A model generated the notes under the pieces. That model saw only the letters and a program-made list of their open reading frames with translations. It made no database searches and had not been told where the DNA came from. 51,836 bases of DNA from a virus, in the IMG/VR virus record IMGVR_UViG_3300009488_000003; one strand, 5' to 3'. Made by a program: the position numbers and the translations under genes. This document shows positions 41,973 to 49,263 of this stretch, one piece after another. How positions within the stretch are numbered: the stretch's first letter is position 1; each line of letters opens with the position of its first letter.

Positions 41973-43184
41973 TCACTTGGTCATTGCAGCTCTTTGTAGC
42001 CGCTTAATCTCAGCCTCCAGCTCAGCGATGTACTCCTCGGGATCGCCCATGCCATCGTGCTCCATCCGTGCGATCTGAGCCTTCAGCCGCTCGACCTCGG
42101 CCTCGACTCGCAACAAATCAGGTGACACGCAAACGTTCGCTACGGCTAAGCCAATGCGCCGGTCCACTTCGCGCTCTGGCTCGGTCAATTTATCCCACGG
42201 CACACACCAGCCTGGCTTCGGATCGCGCTGCTCTTCTGCCCATTCAATCCATGCCTTGCGAACAACTCGTCCTAGAAATTCAGGATCACCCCCTTGCACG
42301 TGCGCTGCCTTTGTCCGCTTAACCTCAGCTTTCAGCCGCTCAATCTCGGCAATGTACTTTTTCAGCATATCCCTCAGCGCATGGTCGCTTCGCCGAAAAT
42401 CAACAAACAGCTCAGGCTCACGCTCAGCCTTGGCGTCGCCCGCCGCGTCGGCACCGGCCTTGTCAGCGGGAATCCCCTTGCTTTCCATGTCACCAGTTTC
42501 GATCAGAGTGCTGTGATAGCCATCGTGCACGCCGTTGTCATAAGCGTTCGCAATTAGTCGCTTCAGCTGCTCGACCTCTTCCTCCAACCGATTACACGCC
42601 TTGTGTGATGTCACGGCGTCGCCCGCCGCGTCGGCACCGGCCTTGCGTAGCTGCTCGATCTCGTGCTCAAATCCGGCTACATTGTTTCTGTTCTGCTCCT
42701 CCAGCTCGGCGATGCGATCGCCGGCCTCGTCTGTCGTCTCGTCTACTTCTCGGTCAAGCTCATCCTGGACCATGTCGCGTATCTCGCCAAACACTATCTG
42801 AGACGCCTCCCCTGGTTTCCAGTAGCCAATTTTGCTCACCAGGTCTTTCAGGCGCTTGACCTCGGCCTCGGCCTTGTGTGCCCGATCTAAGGCTTCGTTC
42901 TTTTCAAGCGTCAACGTCGTAACCGCCGCCACGACTTCATCGACAACGACACCTTGGCCTCGGGTGACATCGCGACATTCCCACTTATCGAGCAAGTTGC
43001 AGACAGCATAGACGATGGACTGATAGCGAATACGGTGGCCCTTTTCCTGCTTGACCTCGGCCTCCAACTTGGCAATAGGCCAACCGCGACGGTCATTCAT
43101 CAGTCCCACGATCTGCGCAGCATCTTCTTTGTGTTTCAAGCGAGCAGTCGCAAGTTCGGCCTCCAGCTCGGTCAGGTCGCTCAT
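41973..43184 (-). CDS. 403-aa coiled-coil protein with internal repeats
   Basis: Five E(V/I)(K/E)RLK heptad blocks. A 30-nt perfect repeat encodes KAGADAAGDA twice. Confidence 0.6.
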   Translation of the reverse strand: MSDLTELEAELATARLKHKEDAAQIVGLMNDRRGWPIAKLEAEVKQEKGHRIRYQSIVYAVCNLLDKWECRDVTRGQGVVVDEVVAAVTTLTLEKNEALDRAHKAEAEVKRLKDLVSKIGYWKPGEASQIVFGEIRDMVQDELDREVDETTDEAGDRIAELEEQNRNNVAGFEHEIEQLRKAGADAAGDAVTSHKACNRLEEEVEQLKRLIANAYDNGVHDGYHSTLIETGDMESKGIPADKAGADAAGDAKAEREPELFVDFRRSDHALRDMLKKYIAEIERLKAEVKRTKAAHVQGGDPEFLGRVVRKAWIEWAEEQRDPKPGWCVPWDKLTEPEREVDRRIGLAVANVCVSPDLLRVEAEVERLKAQIARMEHDGMGDPEEYIAELEAEIKRLQRAAMTK

Positions 43185-43456
43185 GGTTTCTTCTCCCGCT
43201 GGGCGATCATGGCGTCGGACAAACCATAACAGGCAGCGGCCACTTGCTGTTCAGTCCATTCAGCCCAAGGTCTGTCGCCTTTCCTGGCCGCCTTTGCACA
43301 TTCTCGCAAGTTGTCGCCAACATGACGTATCGCCATCCCTGCGAACCAGTCGCGGAGGGACATGCCACCGGCCCCCCAAGCGTCGACCGAAAACCTGCCT
43401 CTGTCGGTCTCAAGCATCTGTTGCGGAAACGCCGGTCCACCGTCGTTCGTGCTCAT
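43181..43456 (-). CDS. hypothetical protein (91 aa)
   Basis: ATGA coupling at both ends. Confidence 0.5.
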   Translation of the reverse strand: MSTNDGGPAFPQQMLETDRGRFSVDAWGAGGMSLRDWFAGMAIRHVGDNLRECAKAARKGDRPWAEWTEQQVAAACYGLSDAMIAQREKKP

Positions 43457-43776
43457 GGTTTCTCCAGTTGGGCCAGAAGGGCGTCGGCGAGATTGCCTGT
43501 CCCCGCCACTACGGTGCTGGTATCCCAACCGCCATCTCCCGTAGTAGACATATGAATCATCGTTCCTACTATCATCCCCGCCAACCGCTGCCGCTGCGCT
43601 GTGCGGATCATCGCATCAAGCTCCTCGTCGCCGCTCATCGGCACACAGAGGTGGATGGCGGCGTAGATGCGGGCAGATTTGCCAGGTTGGGCAGGAAAGT
43701 GAACGCCCCCTCCAGTAACCAAGTCTACGCAGTCGGTAGCTCCCCGCGGAAACATCGGTTCATCAAGAATGCTCAT
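43453..43776 (-). CDS. hypothetical protein (107 aa)
   Basis: ATGA coupling, with AAGGAA upstream. Confidence 0.5.
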   Translation of the reverse strand: MSILDEPMFPRGATDCVDLVTGGGVHFPAQPGKSARIYAAIHLCVPMSGDEELDAMIRTAQRQRLAGMIVGTMIHMSTTGDGGWDTSTVVAGTGNLADALLAQLEKP

Positions 43777-43982
43777 GGTTTTTGTTCCTTGCGTTGGCAA
43801 TCCGGGCATTCACCCAAGTAGTTCCAAGCCGGTCCATCATCGCGGTATATCTCTATCCAGCCAAGAAGCACGGCCTGTTCAAGCGTTTCGATATCCATGC
43901 CCGCGTCGCATCCGTCACACTCAAGCGAGAAGGCCACCGCGAGATCGAGCTGCTTGCTGGAAACGATGTACGGCTGGCTCAT
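43773..43982 (-). CDS. Cys-rich protein (69 aa)
   Basis: ATGA coupling. CDGC..CPDC motif. Confidence 0.5.
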   Translation of the reverse strand: MSQPYIVSSKQLDLAVAFSLECDGCDAGMDIETLEQAVLLGWIEIYRDDGPAWNYLGECPDCQRKEQKP

Positions 43983-44464
43983 GGCTGTTCCTTGTCCCAC
44001 AGCGCGAGGGCCTGGCGGAGGAGGAAAAGGGATTCGCTCACCATATATGGCGTCGCAAAGTTCTCAGCGGGGAAATTTGGCGTTCCCGCTTGTGGGATCA
44101 TCGTCTGGCTCAACGGCGGCAGTGAAATTTGGCTAGCAAGTTCGTGCTGCTTCGCAAGAGGAATGTCATGCCACCGGGCTAGAAGATCAATGAACGCTGT
44201 ACGGGCTATGCTCGGCCGCCCCTCCGCCAGCAACTTGCCCCACTGCCCCGCGATCGCCAGCGGGTTGCACGCACAGCCCTTGTTGCGACGCTTGTAGACC
44301 GCGATGGCGGCCCGTAGCTGCTCGGGCGTGGCCCCGGCGTCGCGCAGCTCCTTGAGGCCCTTGTTCCACTTGCCGCGTTCGGACTGGGTTATCGGGCCTG
44401 CGCCGCCGCCGTTGCAGAGTTCTACGGCTACGTCCCATAATGGGTCGGGCTTGCGCTTGGTCAT
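43979..44464 (-). CDS. hypothetical protein (161 aa)
   Basis: GGTGACGAG-ATG start context. Confidence 0.55.
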   Translation of the reverse strand: MTKRKPDPLWDVAVELCNGGGAGPITQSERGKWNKGLKELRDAGATPEQLRAAIAVYKRRNKGCACNPLAIAGQWGKLLAEGRPSIARTAFIDLLARWHDIPLAKQHELASQISLPPLSQTMIPQAGTPNFPAENFATPYMVSESLFLLRQALALWDKEQP

Positions 44465-44841
44465 CTCGTCACCGCACCGATAACGTAGCTCCGCTGCAAA
44501 TAGGCGCGCTTCGAGCTGTCCGGCTCTTCCTGTCGTATGCGTTCCTCTTCGGTCACGAACTCGATGTGCCTGTTGATGTCCTTGAACTCAGACCGTACAC
44601 GGCCCCGGCGTTGGCTCACCCAGTACAGGACGCCGCAGTGACCGTAGCGCCAGAACAGTTCCGCGAGCAGGGGCAATTCCTCATCGGGCACGTATTGGCC
44701 GTCCGCACACGCCCATGCCCACGTATCGTTCATGTTCAAGGTTTGAGCCCAGTCCTTGCCCTCGACCCCGTCATCGTCGTCTTTGCCGAAAAACAGGTCT
44801 GCTCGTGTCAGCAATTCGCGGGCTTCTTCTTCTGTGAACAT
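44461..44841 (-). CDS. hypothetical protein (126 aa)
   Basis: GGTGACGAG-ATG start context. It is the first gene after the ORF-free block. Confidence 0.55.
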   Translation of the reverse strand: MFTEEEARELLTRADLFFGKDDDDGVEGKDWAQTLNMNDTWAWACADGQYVPDEELPLLAELFWRYGHCGVLYWVSQRRGRVRSEFKDINRHIEFVTEEERIRQEEPDSSKRAYLQRSYVIGAVTR

Positions 44842-44854
44842 CTCGTCACCGCAT

Positions 44855-45660
44855 CCCTTGGCACAAGGGCTACGCCCGTCGCGGGACTCGAACCCACTGT
44901 TCAGCCTCCCGCATCTCGAACTCGCCGTGGCCTTTGGCTATGCGGTTCCAGCGGCTTTGCAACCAGCACGGGCATTGTTTCTCGTCAAGCGCACCCAGCC
45001 CTTTACGACCGACCCTACGGGCAAGTGAAATCCGCATGGTCTTTGCCGCTCTCCCTCCTGGATCTCCGCCCGAACAGCAAAAAATCGCGGCGGACGATCT
45101 CAGAGAGAACGGGGTCGCTTGGCTCGCAAGCAAAAACGCGCACGTCGGCCCCGGGTCGCAAGGGAAAACGTTGCCCGGATTTTGGAGAGGAAGCGCGACA
45201 ACTTTCGCGAGCTGGCACGAGCCCCTGGGGGGTGCTCGCCGACCGTCCCGATCCTGCCAGTTGATTGCCCCACTTTTGGCACTTGTCGAGTGGCGGGGTA
45301 AGTGGTAGCACGGAACCCGCGTGATGCTTGTGGCTCGCCAACAACCGGAGATGCGCGACAAACAACTTTGTGGTGCACCCGTGAGCCACAAGATGAAGCC
45401 CCCTTCGCCCTCAGCGACCCAGCCCGAAGCGTGCGCACGCTTGGCCGTCGCCTCGATCTCCAGCCTTGGTGTTGCCAAAGCCGGACCCACCGAGCTGAGC
45501 CGCTGAGGAAGAAGGGGGAAAAGCAATCGCCCAGAACGACCCGACCCGATGGTCCAATGGCTAACGTTGCTAAGTCGCAGCCGGCGAATCGGGCCGCCCT
45601 GGGCGGTTGCAGAGAGAACGAGATTATTGACCATTGAACCATACCCCGTCTTTACGGGCT
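44855..45660 (-). ncRNA. candidate giant structured RNA (~0.8 kb)
   Basis: No credible CDS. Several long-range helices of 10-18 bp can be drawn, and their G:U pairs become A/C mismatches on the plus strand. A T-loop hairpin (44897-44881) and a terminal hairpin (44869-44855) sit at the 3' end. Confidence 0.55.
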
Positions 45661-45673
45661 GTTTGCGGGCGTG

Positions 45674-46117
45674 TCAAGCCCTTTTTTTGGCTTCGTCAGC
45701 CTTTTTAGCCTTTTCCGTGAGGCTCCAGCGGTTGGCTTCATCGTCCCACGTAATGTAGAAGCTCGCCCACAGCGTGTGGTACACGACGTAAGTTGCGATG
45801 GCGCGCCCCGTGGATTGCTTCTTACCGTTCAAAAGCTCCACCACCTCAGCAAACGTCTTCGGCTTGCTTTTCCAGACACTTGATACGAATTGCCACGGTG
45901 CATGATTCGTTCTCCCGACGACGACCTTTGCACCTGGGTGTTGCTCTTGCAGCATTTCCCGAAACATATCCGCGGCATCTCCGCAACTGAAGCTGAGCGA
46001 CTTGCCGTCTTTGTCTAGGCGATGGACGACCATCTCGCCGTGGCAGTTCACGAGAACCAGGAAGGCACGGCTACCATCTTTTTTGGAAGGTCCACAGAAA
46101 TCCTTGTAGTAGCTCAT
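45674..46117 (-). CDS. hypothetical protein (147 aa)
   Basis: Protein-like composition with GAGG before the ATG. Confidence 0.6.
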   Translation of the reverse strand: MSYYKDFCGPSKKDGSRAFLVLVNCHGEMVVHRLDKDGKSLSFSCGDAADMFREMLQEQHPGAKVVVGRTNHAPWQFVSSVWKSKPKTFAEVVELLNGKKQSTGRAIATYVVYHTLWASFYITWDDEANRWSLTEKAKKADEAKKRA

Positions 46118-46127
46118 CTCAACCTCC

Positions 46128-46412
46128 TTACTCTTCCTCTTTGGGCAACAGGTCGAGCCCGCGGCAGGCGTCCACGAGCTTCTGGTCCAGGCCGTAATTC
46201 AGCTTGGCCTCCGGGGGGCACTCGACAACTCGACGGGCGAGGTAATGCGAGTTGCTCGTGAACACCAGCTCGAACCAGCCGCCCTGCCGCGCGTGGTAGT
46301 AAAGGCTCAGGCCAGCGGTCGTAAAGATGCGTGGCGGTGGAAGCGGAGACTTGAATTTCCACTCATAGCTTGGACGCTCAGGGGCGTTCGTAGCATCTGG
46401 ATCTGAAGCCAT
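46128..46412 (-). CDS. hypothetical protein (94 aa)
   Basis: AAGGAG lies 7 nt before the ATG at 46412. Confidence 0.55.
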   Translation of the reverse strand: MASDPDATNAPERPSYEWKFKSPLPPPRIFTTAGLSLYYHARQGGWFELVFTSNSHYLARRVVECPPEAKLNYGLDQKLVDACRGLDLLPKEEE

Positions 46413-46449
46413 CGTTTTCTCCTTAGGTTGGGGGCTGTCAAGCTCTTTT

Positions 46450-46692
46450 TCAGGCGTCGCGGATTCGGCTGGCGTCGTCGAGGTTGAGGCCGAGGCACCT
46501 GCTAATGCCACTCCAGCGAATTTGCCCACCGTTGGAGTGAAGCGTCCAGAGAGTGCCGCAACTTAGTGCCTTGCCGCTTCTGTCACACGCGAAGACTTCG
46601 TATGCCCCGTCACCCGTCACCCGCGTGTTCAGTATCAGCGTTGCTGGCTTCTCCGGCTCCGGCTTGTCGAAAATCTCGATCTTGAGCGGCAT
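46450..46692 (-). CDS. hypothetical protein (80 aa)
   Basis: AGGAG lies before the ATG. Confidence 0.55.
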   Translation of the reverse strand: MPLKIEIFDKPEPEKPATLILNTRVTGDGAYEVFACDRSGKALSCGTLWTLHSNGGQIRWSGISRCLGLNLDDASRIRDA

Positions 46693-46701
46693 GTCGGTCT
46701 C

Positions 46702-47016
46702 CTACTCCCCCGGATCGTTGACGGTCAGCACGTCCTGGGCGTGGCCGAGGAGAGACCAGTCAGCTAATTCGTCTTCCGTTAGTTCCTCGGCTTCTTCTCG
46801 GGTGATAGCGTCTATGTCCTCGACTGCTACGGGATTACCCCATCGGTAACCGTCTGAGGGATCGACAAGAACCAATGCGCTTGGGTCATCGTCTGCGACT
46901 GCACCAACGATAAGCCCACGGTCGTCGCCGCGTTTCAAAACATCTCCTATCCTAAGCGCCCTCGGTTTGTCTTTGCCGTGTTCCTCAACTACGTCGTAGT
47001 TCTCTTCCAGCTCCAT
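46702..47016 (-). CDS. acidic protein (104 aa)
   Basis: AAGGAG lies before the ATG at 47016. An alternative start exists at 47070. Confidence 0.5.
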   Translation of the reverse strand: MELEENYDVVEEHGKDKPRALRIGDVLKRGDDRGLIVGAVADDDPSALVLVDPSDGYRWGNPVAVEDIDAITREEAEELTEDELADWSLLGHAQDVLTVNDPGE

Positions 47017-47087
47017 CGTCGTCTCCTTCGTGCTGAGTACCATCGGTAGGATTTCTAGCGTTTCGGTCATGTTCTGTTCTCAGAATA

Positions 47088-47143
47088 CCCGCCCGCCGGT
47101 GCGATCCGTCGCGGCCCTGGAGGAATGGGGCACGGCGGGCGGG
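47088..47143 (-). terminator. 11-bp GC stem-loop after gene 47179..47397
   Basis: cccgcccgccg (47088-47098) is the exact reverse complement of 47133-47143. On the minus strand it is followed by UAUUCU. Confidence 0.45.
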
Positions 47144-47178
47144 CTCTCACTCAGTCGCCGTCACGCTCGCGAGTTCGC

Positions 47179-47397
47179 TTAGTTCCGGGGCCGCTTCGCT
47201 GGCGGAGTCACGGCGCGTTCCAGCAGCTTGACGGCACGCTTCACCGCCCGGTCGGATAGGTCCACCGTCACGTTGAAGTTAGAATCGAACGGGCCGCCGC
47301 CTGGGCCGTCGCCTGTGCGACACAGCGCAAACGTGTATTCGTGCACGCCCTTTTCAAGACCAAATACATCACAGAGTCTCACTTCCTTCGTTGCCAT
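47179..47397 (-). CDS. hypothetical protein (72 aa)
   Basis: GAAGGAG lies before the ATG. It shows a faint resemblance to small nucleoid-protein dimerisation domains, which I could not verify. Confidence 0.55.
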   Translation of the reverse strand: MATKEVRLCDVFGLEKGVHEYTFALCRTGDGPGGGPFDSNFNVTVDLSDRAVKRAVKLLERAVTPPAKRPRN

Positions 47398-47416
47398 CGG
47401 ATTCTCCTTCCAGTTA

Positions 47417-47429
47417 GGATGCGGCGGGC
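47417..47429 (-). promoter_or_regulatory. copy of GCCCGCCGCAYC element
   Basis: The minus strand reads GCCCGCCGCATCC, 19 nt upstream of the ATG at 47397. Confidence 0.4.
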
Positions 47430-47650
47430 AGGTACGCGTTCAGTTATGCGGGCGTGACGGGCCGGATTCCCCACCCGGCTCCATGCGGTTGTAAGCCCTG
47501 ACAGTTGGCCTACGGTACGCAACACCCTACCCGGCGCTGCCACGCTGCCGCCACGCCCGCGAGTCACATTCGCACGAACATTTGGCATTGCTCGCATTGG
47601 CAATCAGTTCCGTGCGTCATTTCCATCACCACCTTTTCGATCGCAAGAGA

Positions 47651-47663
47651 AGATGCGGCGGGC
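47651..47663 (-). promoter_or_regulatory. copy of GCCCGCCGCAYC element
   Basis: The minus strand reads GCCCGCCGCATCTTCTCTTGC. This resembles CCACCGCATCTTCTTTGCACCAG found upstream of the tRNA-like RNAs. Confidence 0.4.
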
Positions 47664-47725
47664 CAAGTTTGCCCACCTTGGTGCGGTTATAAGCCACATC
47701 GCCGCGAGGCAGCGCCGCCGCCGCA

Positions 47726-47926
47726 TCACCAGTCCTGCTTTCTGCGACTTCTTTCCATAGCTGTGTATCCACGGTCTTCGCGCTGTTCCTCTCTCTCCGC
47801 ATCTACGAGCGCCGTTATCTGCGACGCCGCGTTAGGCGCCCAAACCAGCACGACGGGCTCCTGGCCCCGGGTGGTGACCAGCCGTCCCGCTACAATTGAG
47901 TCGATGATGCGTTCACCGATGGTCAC
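47726..47926 (-). CDS. hypothetical protein (66 aa)
   Basis: GTG start overlaps the upstream TGA (GTGA). Confidence 0.45.
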   Translation of the reverse strand: MTIGERIIDSIVAGRLVTTRGQEPVVLVWAPNAASQITALVDAEREEQREDRGYTAMERSRRKQDW

Positions 47927-48093
47927 CGTTTCTTCTTCCTCGTTGCCAGGCACCGCTTGCAGGTGATGTTGGGCCAGTGCACCGATGCGTTGTCAGAACG
48001 AACGACACAGCCACACGCCGCTGTAGTCCAAACCCAGTGATGGGTAGGCAGACTCACTCGCTTGTGTATGACCGGTTTCTTCTTCATCGTCAT
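47923..48093 (-). CDS. zinc-ribbon-like basic peptide (56 aa)
   Basis: ATGA coupling to the upstream gene. Hand translation gives MTMKKKPV..CGC..CKRC..KKKR. It is not in the ORF track. Confidence 0.5.
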   Translation of the reverse strand: MTMKKKPVIHKRVSLPTHHWVWTTAACGCVVRSDNASVHWPNITCKRCLATRKKKR

Positions 48094-48428
48094 TCCTCAT
48101 ACAGCAGCCCCAGGTACAGCGGGCCGCTGGTCAGGCGGGGGCCGAAGTGGTCGAAGGTGGCGTACTTGAATGCGCTGTATGTTAATTCCCACAACTGCCT
48201 ACCCCGTTCTCGACCAAGAATACCGGAAGCCCCATAATCCTTGAATTCCACCGCCACGCGGTCCGCCGACGCTTGTATGCCCAGTGTAAGCCACAAGGCT
48301 TTTACCGTGCTTGGCCACTTGAAATGCTGACGCAACCAGGAAGAACAGAACCACCACTCGCTGCTATCGTCCGCGCCTACAAGCGTGTCGAAACTTTCAA
48401 CCAACTTCGGACTCGTCCACATCTTCAT
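48090..48428 (-). CDS. hypothetical protein (112 aa)
   Basis: ATGA coupling at Met43 of the listed ORF. Confidence 0.5.
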   Translation of the reverse strand: MKMWTSPKLVESFDTLVGADDSSEWWFCSSWLRQHFKWPSTVKALWLTLGIQASADRVAVEFKDYGASGILGRERGRQLWELTYSAFKYATFDHFGPRLTSGPLYLGLLYEE

Positions 48429-48844
48429 CGTCTCATCCCCACTTTCCGCGGCTTCGCGTCGCCCTTCTCCGGCAAGATCGTCATATACTTGGCGACAACG
48501 CAGAGTCCTTTCTCTCTGCGACGCTGGACTCCTAAGGCAAGTTGATGAGACCATCGGACTCGGCGCACTACTTTGCCTGAGCTTCCATAGGCATTTTCAG
48601 CGTCAACCCGTCTGCGGTAGATATGAAACCCAGATGGGTATCTCATCCCCAGCTCACGTATAACGGCTTCGTGCGTAGTGCCAGGCTTATAACGGTTGCA
48701 CGCCCGCATATTGTAACCCGTTGCGCCGCAAGGCCCGTATAGAACCCCGTACAGGTTGCCTGCCCGAGTTCGACAAAACATCTTCCACCCATGCCCGTGG
48801 GCTTTCGGTTTTTCAGCCTTGTCAGTCACGTTGCTAAGACACAT
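48425..48844 (-). CDS. hypothetical protein (139 aa)
   Basis: AAGGA lies before the ATG. Confidence 0.55.
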   Translation of the reverse strand: MCLSNVTDKAEKPKAHGHGWKMFCRTRAGNLYGVLYGPCGATGYNMRACNRYKPGTTHEAVIRELGMRYPSGFHIYRRRVDAENAYGSSGKVVRRVRWSHQLALGVQRRREKGLCVVAKYMTILPEKGDAKPRKVGMRR

Positions 48845-49048
48845 CGTTTTCCTTTCTCATCCCCACTTTCCGCCGAATCCGCTCGGCCTCTTCGGGGTTG
48901 TTGTCCACTAACCGCCAGTAGTATGCCATGTGCTTGTCACATAGCCCCACCTACCGAGCGTCGCCGAGCGTCTCGGTCGCGTACTGGGGGCATGACGTAT
49001 TGCTCATGCCCAGCTTTTTCGCTTGGCACTTGTCGGGTTCATCAGGCA

Positions 49049-49252
49049 TCAGGCGGGCTCCTGCGTCTCAAGCAGGGCAACGTACTTGTCGCACAATTCC
49101 CCTATTATCTTTACTTGCCCCACGAACACGTCAAAGTCGTTCGTCATCTTGGCGTTACACCAGGCTAATTCTACCAAGCCGATAAACTGCACGGTTTCAT
49201 GCTTTTCGCCCACGAATTCGGCAAAGCTGGCGTCGGTTATAACCTTGGACAT
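49049..49252 (-). CDS. hypothetical protein (67 aa)
   Basis: CAGGAG-type upstream context. Confidence 0.5.
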   Translation of the reverse strand: MSKVITDASFAEFVGEKHETVQFIGLVELAWCNAKMTNDFDVFVGQVKIIGELCDKYVALLETQEPA

Positions 49253-49263
49253 CAGGCGGGCTC

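Noticed and set aside
44874-44897. tRNA 3'-fragment as a phage attP core
   Set aside because: The only recombinase is a serine recombinase 11 kb away. Serine recombinases do not typically target tRNA 3' ends. Three such fragments exist, which argues against a single att site.
45079-45620. Iteron-type replication origin in the ORF-free block (A-tracts, and repeated CAGAGAGAACG at 45100 and 45610)
   Set aside because: There are only two copies of the 11-mer, and the A-tracts are irregular. The strand-specific G:U pattern favours an RNA explanation, although an origin function is not excluded.
44870-45634. 254-aa minus-strand ORF covering the giant-RNA candidate, including a 55-codon sub-ORF from the ATG at 45037
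   Set aside because: Its composition and codon usage, with many CGA, AGA, AGG, TTA and AGT codons and no GC3 enrichment, are unlike every convincing gene here. No good Shine-Dalgarno sequence precedes the first ATG. The 55-codon tail has AGGAGGGAG 13 nt upstream, so it cannot be fully excluded. It is kept as a caveat on the RNA call.
47179-47397. Lsr2-like nucleoid-associated protein, which would hint at an actinobacterial host
   Set aside because: The resemblance is limited to a loose beta-strand and helix pattern (..YTFAL..VTVDLS..AVK). It is not enough without a profile search.
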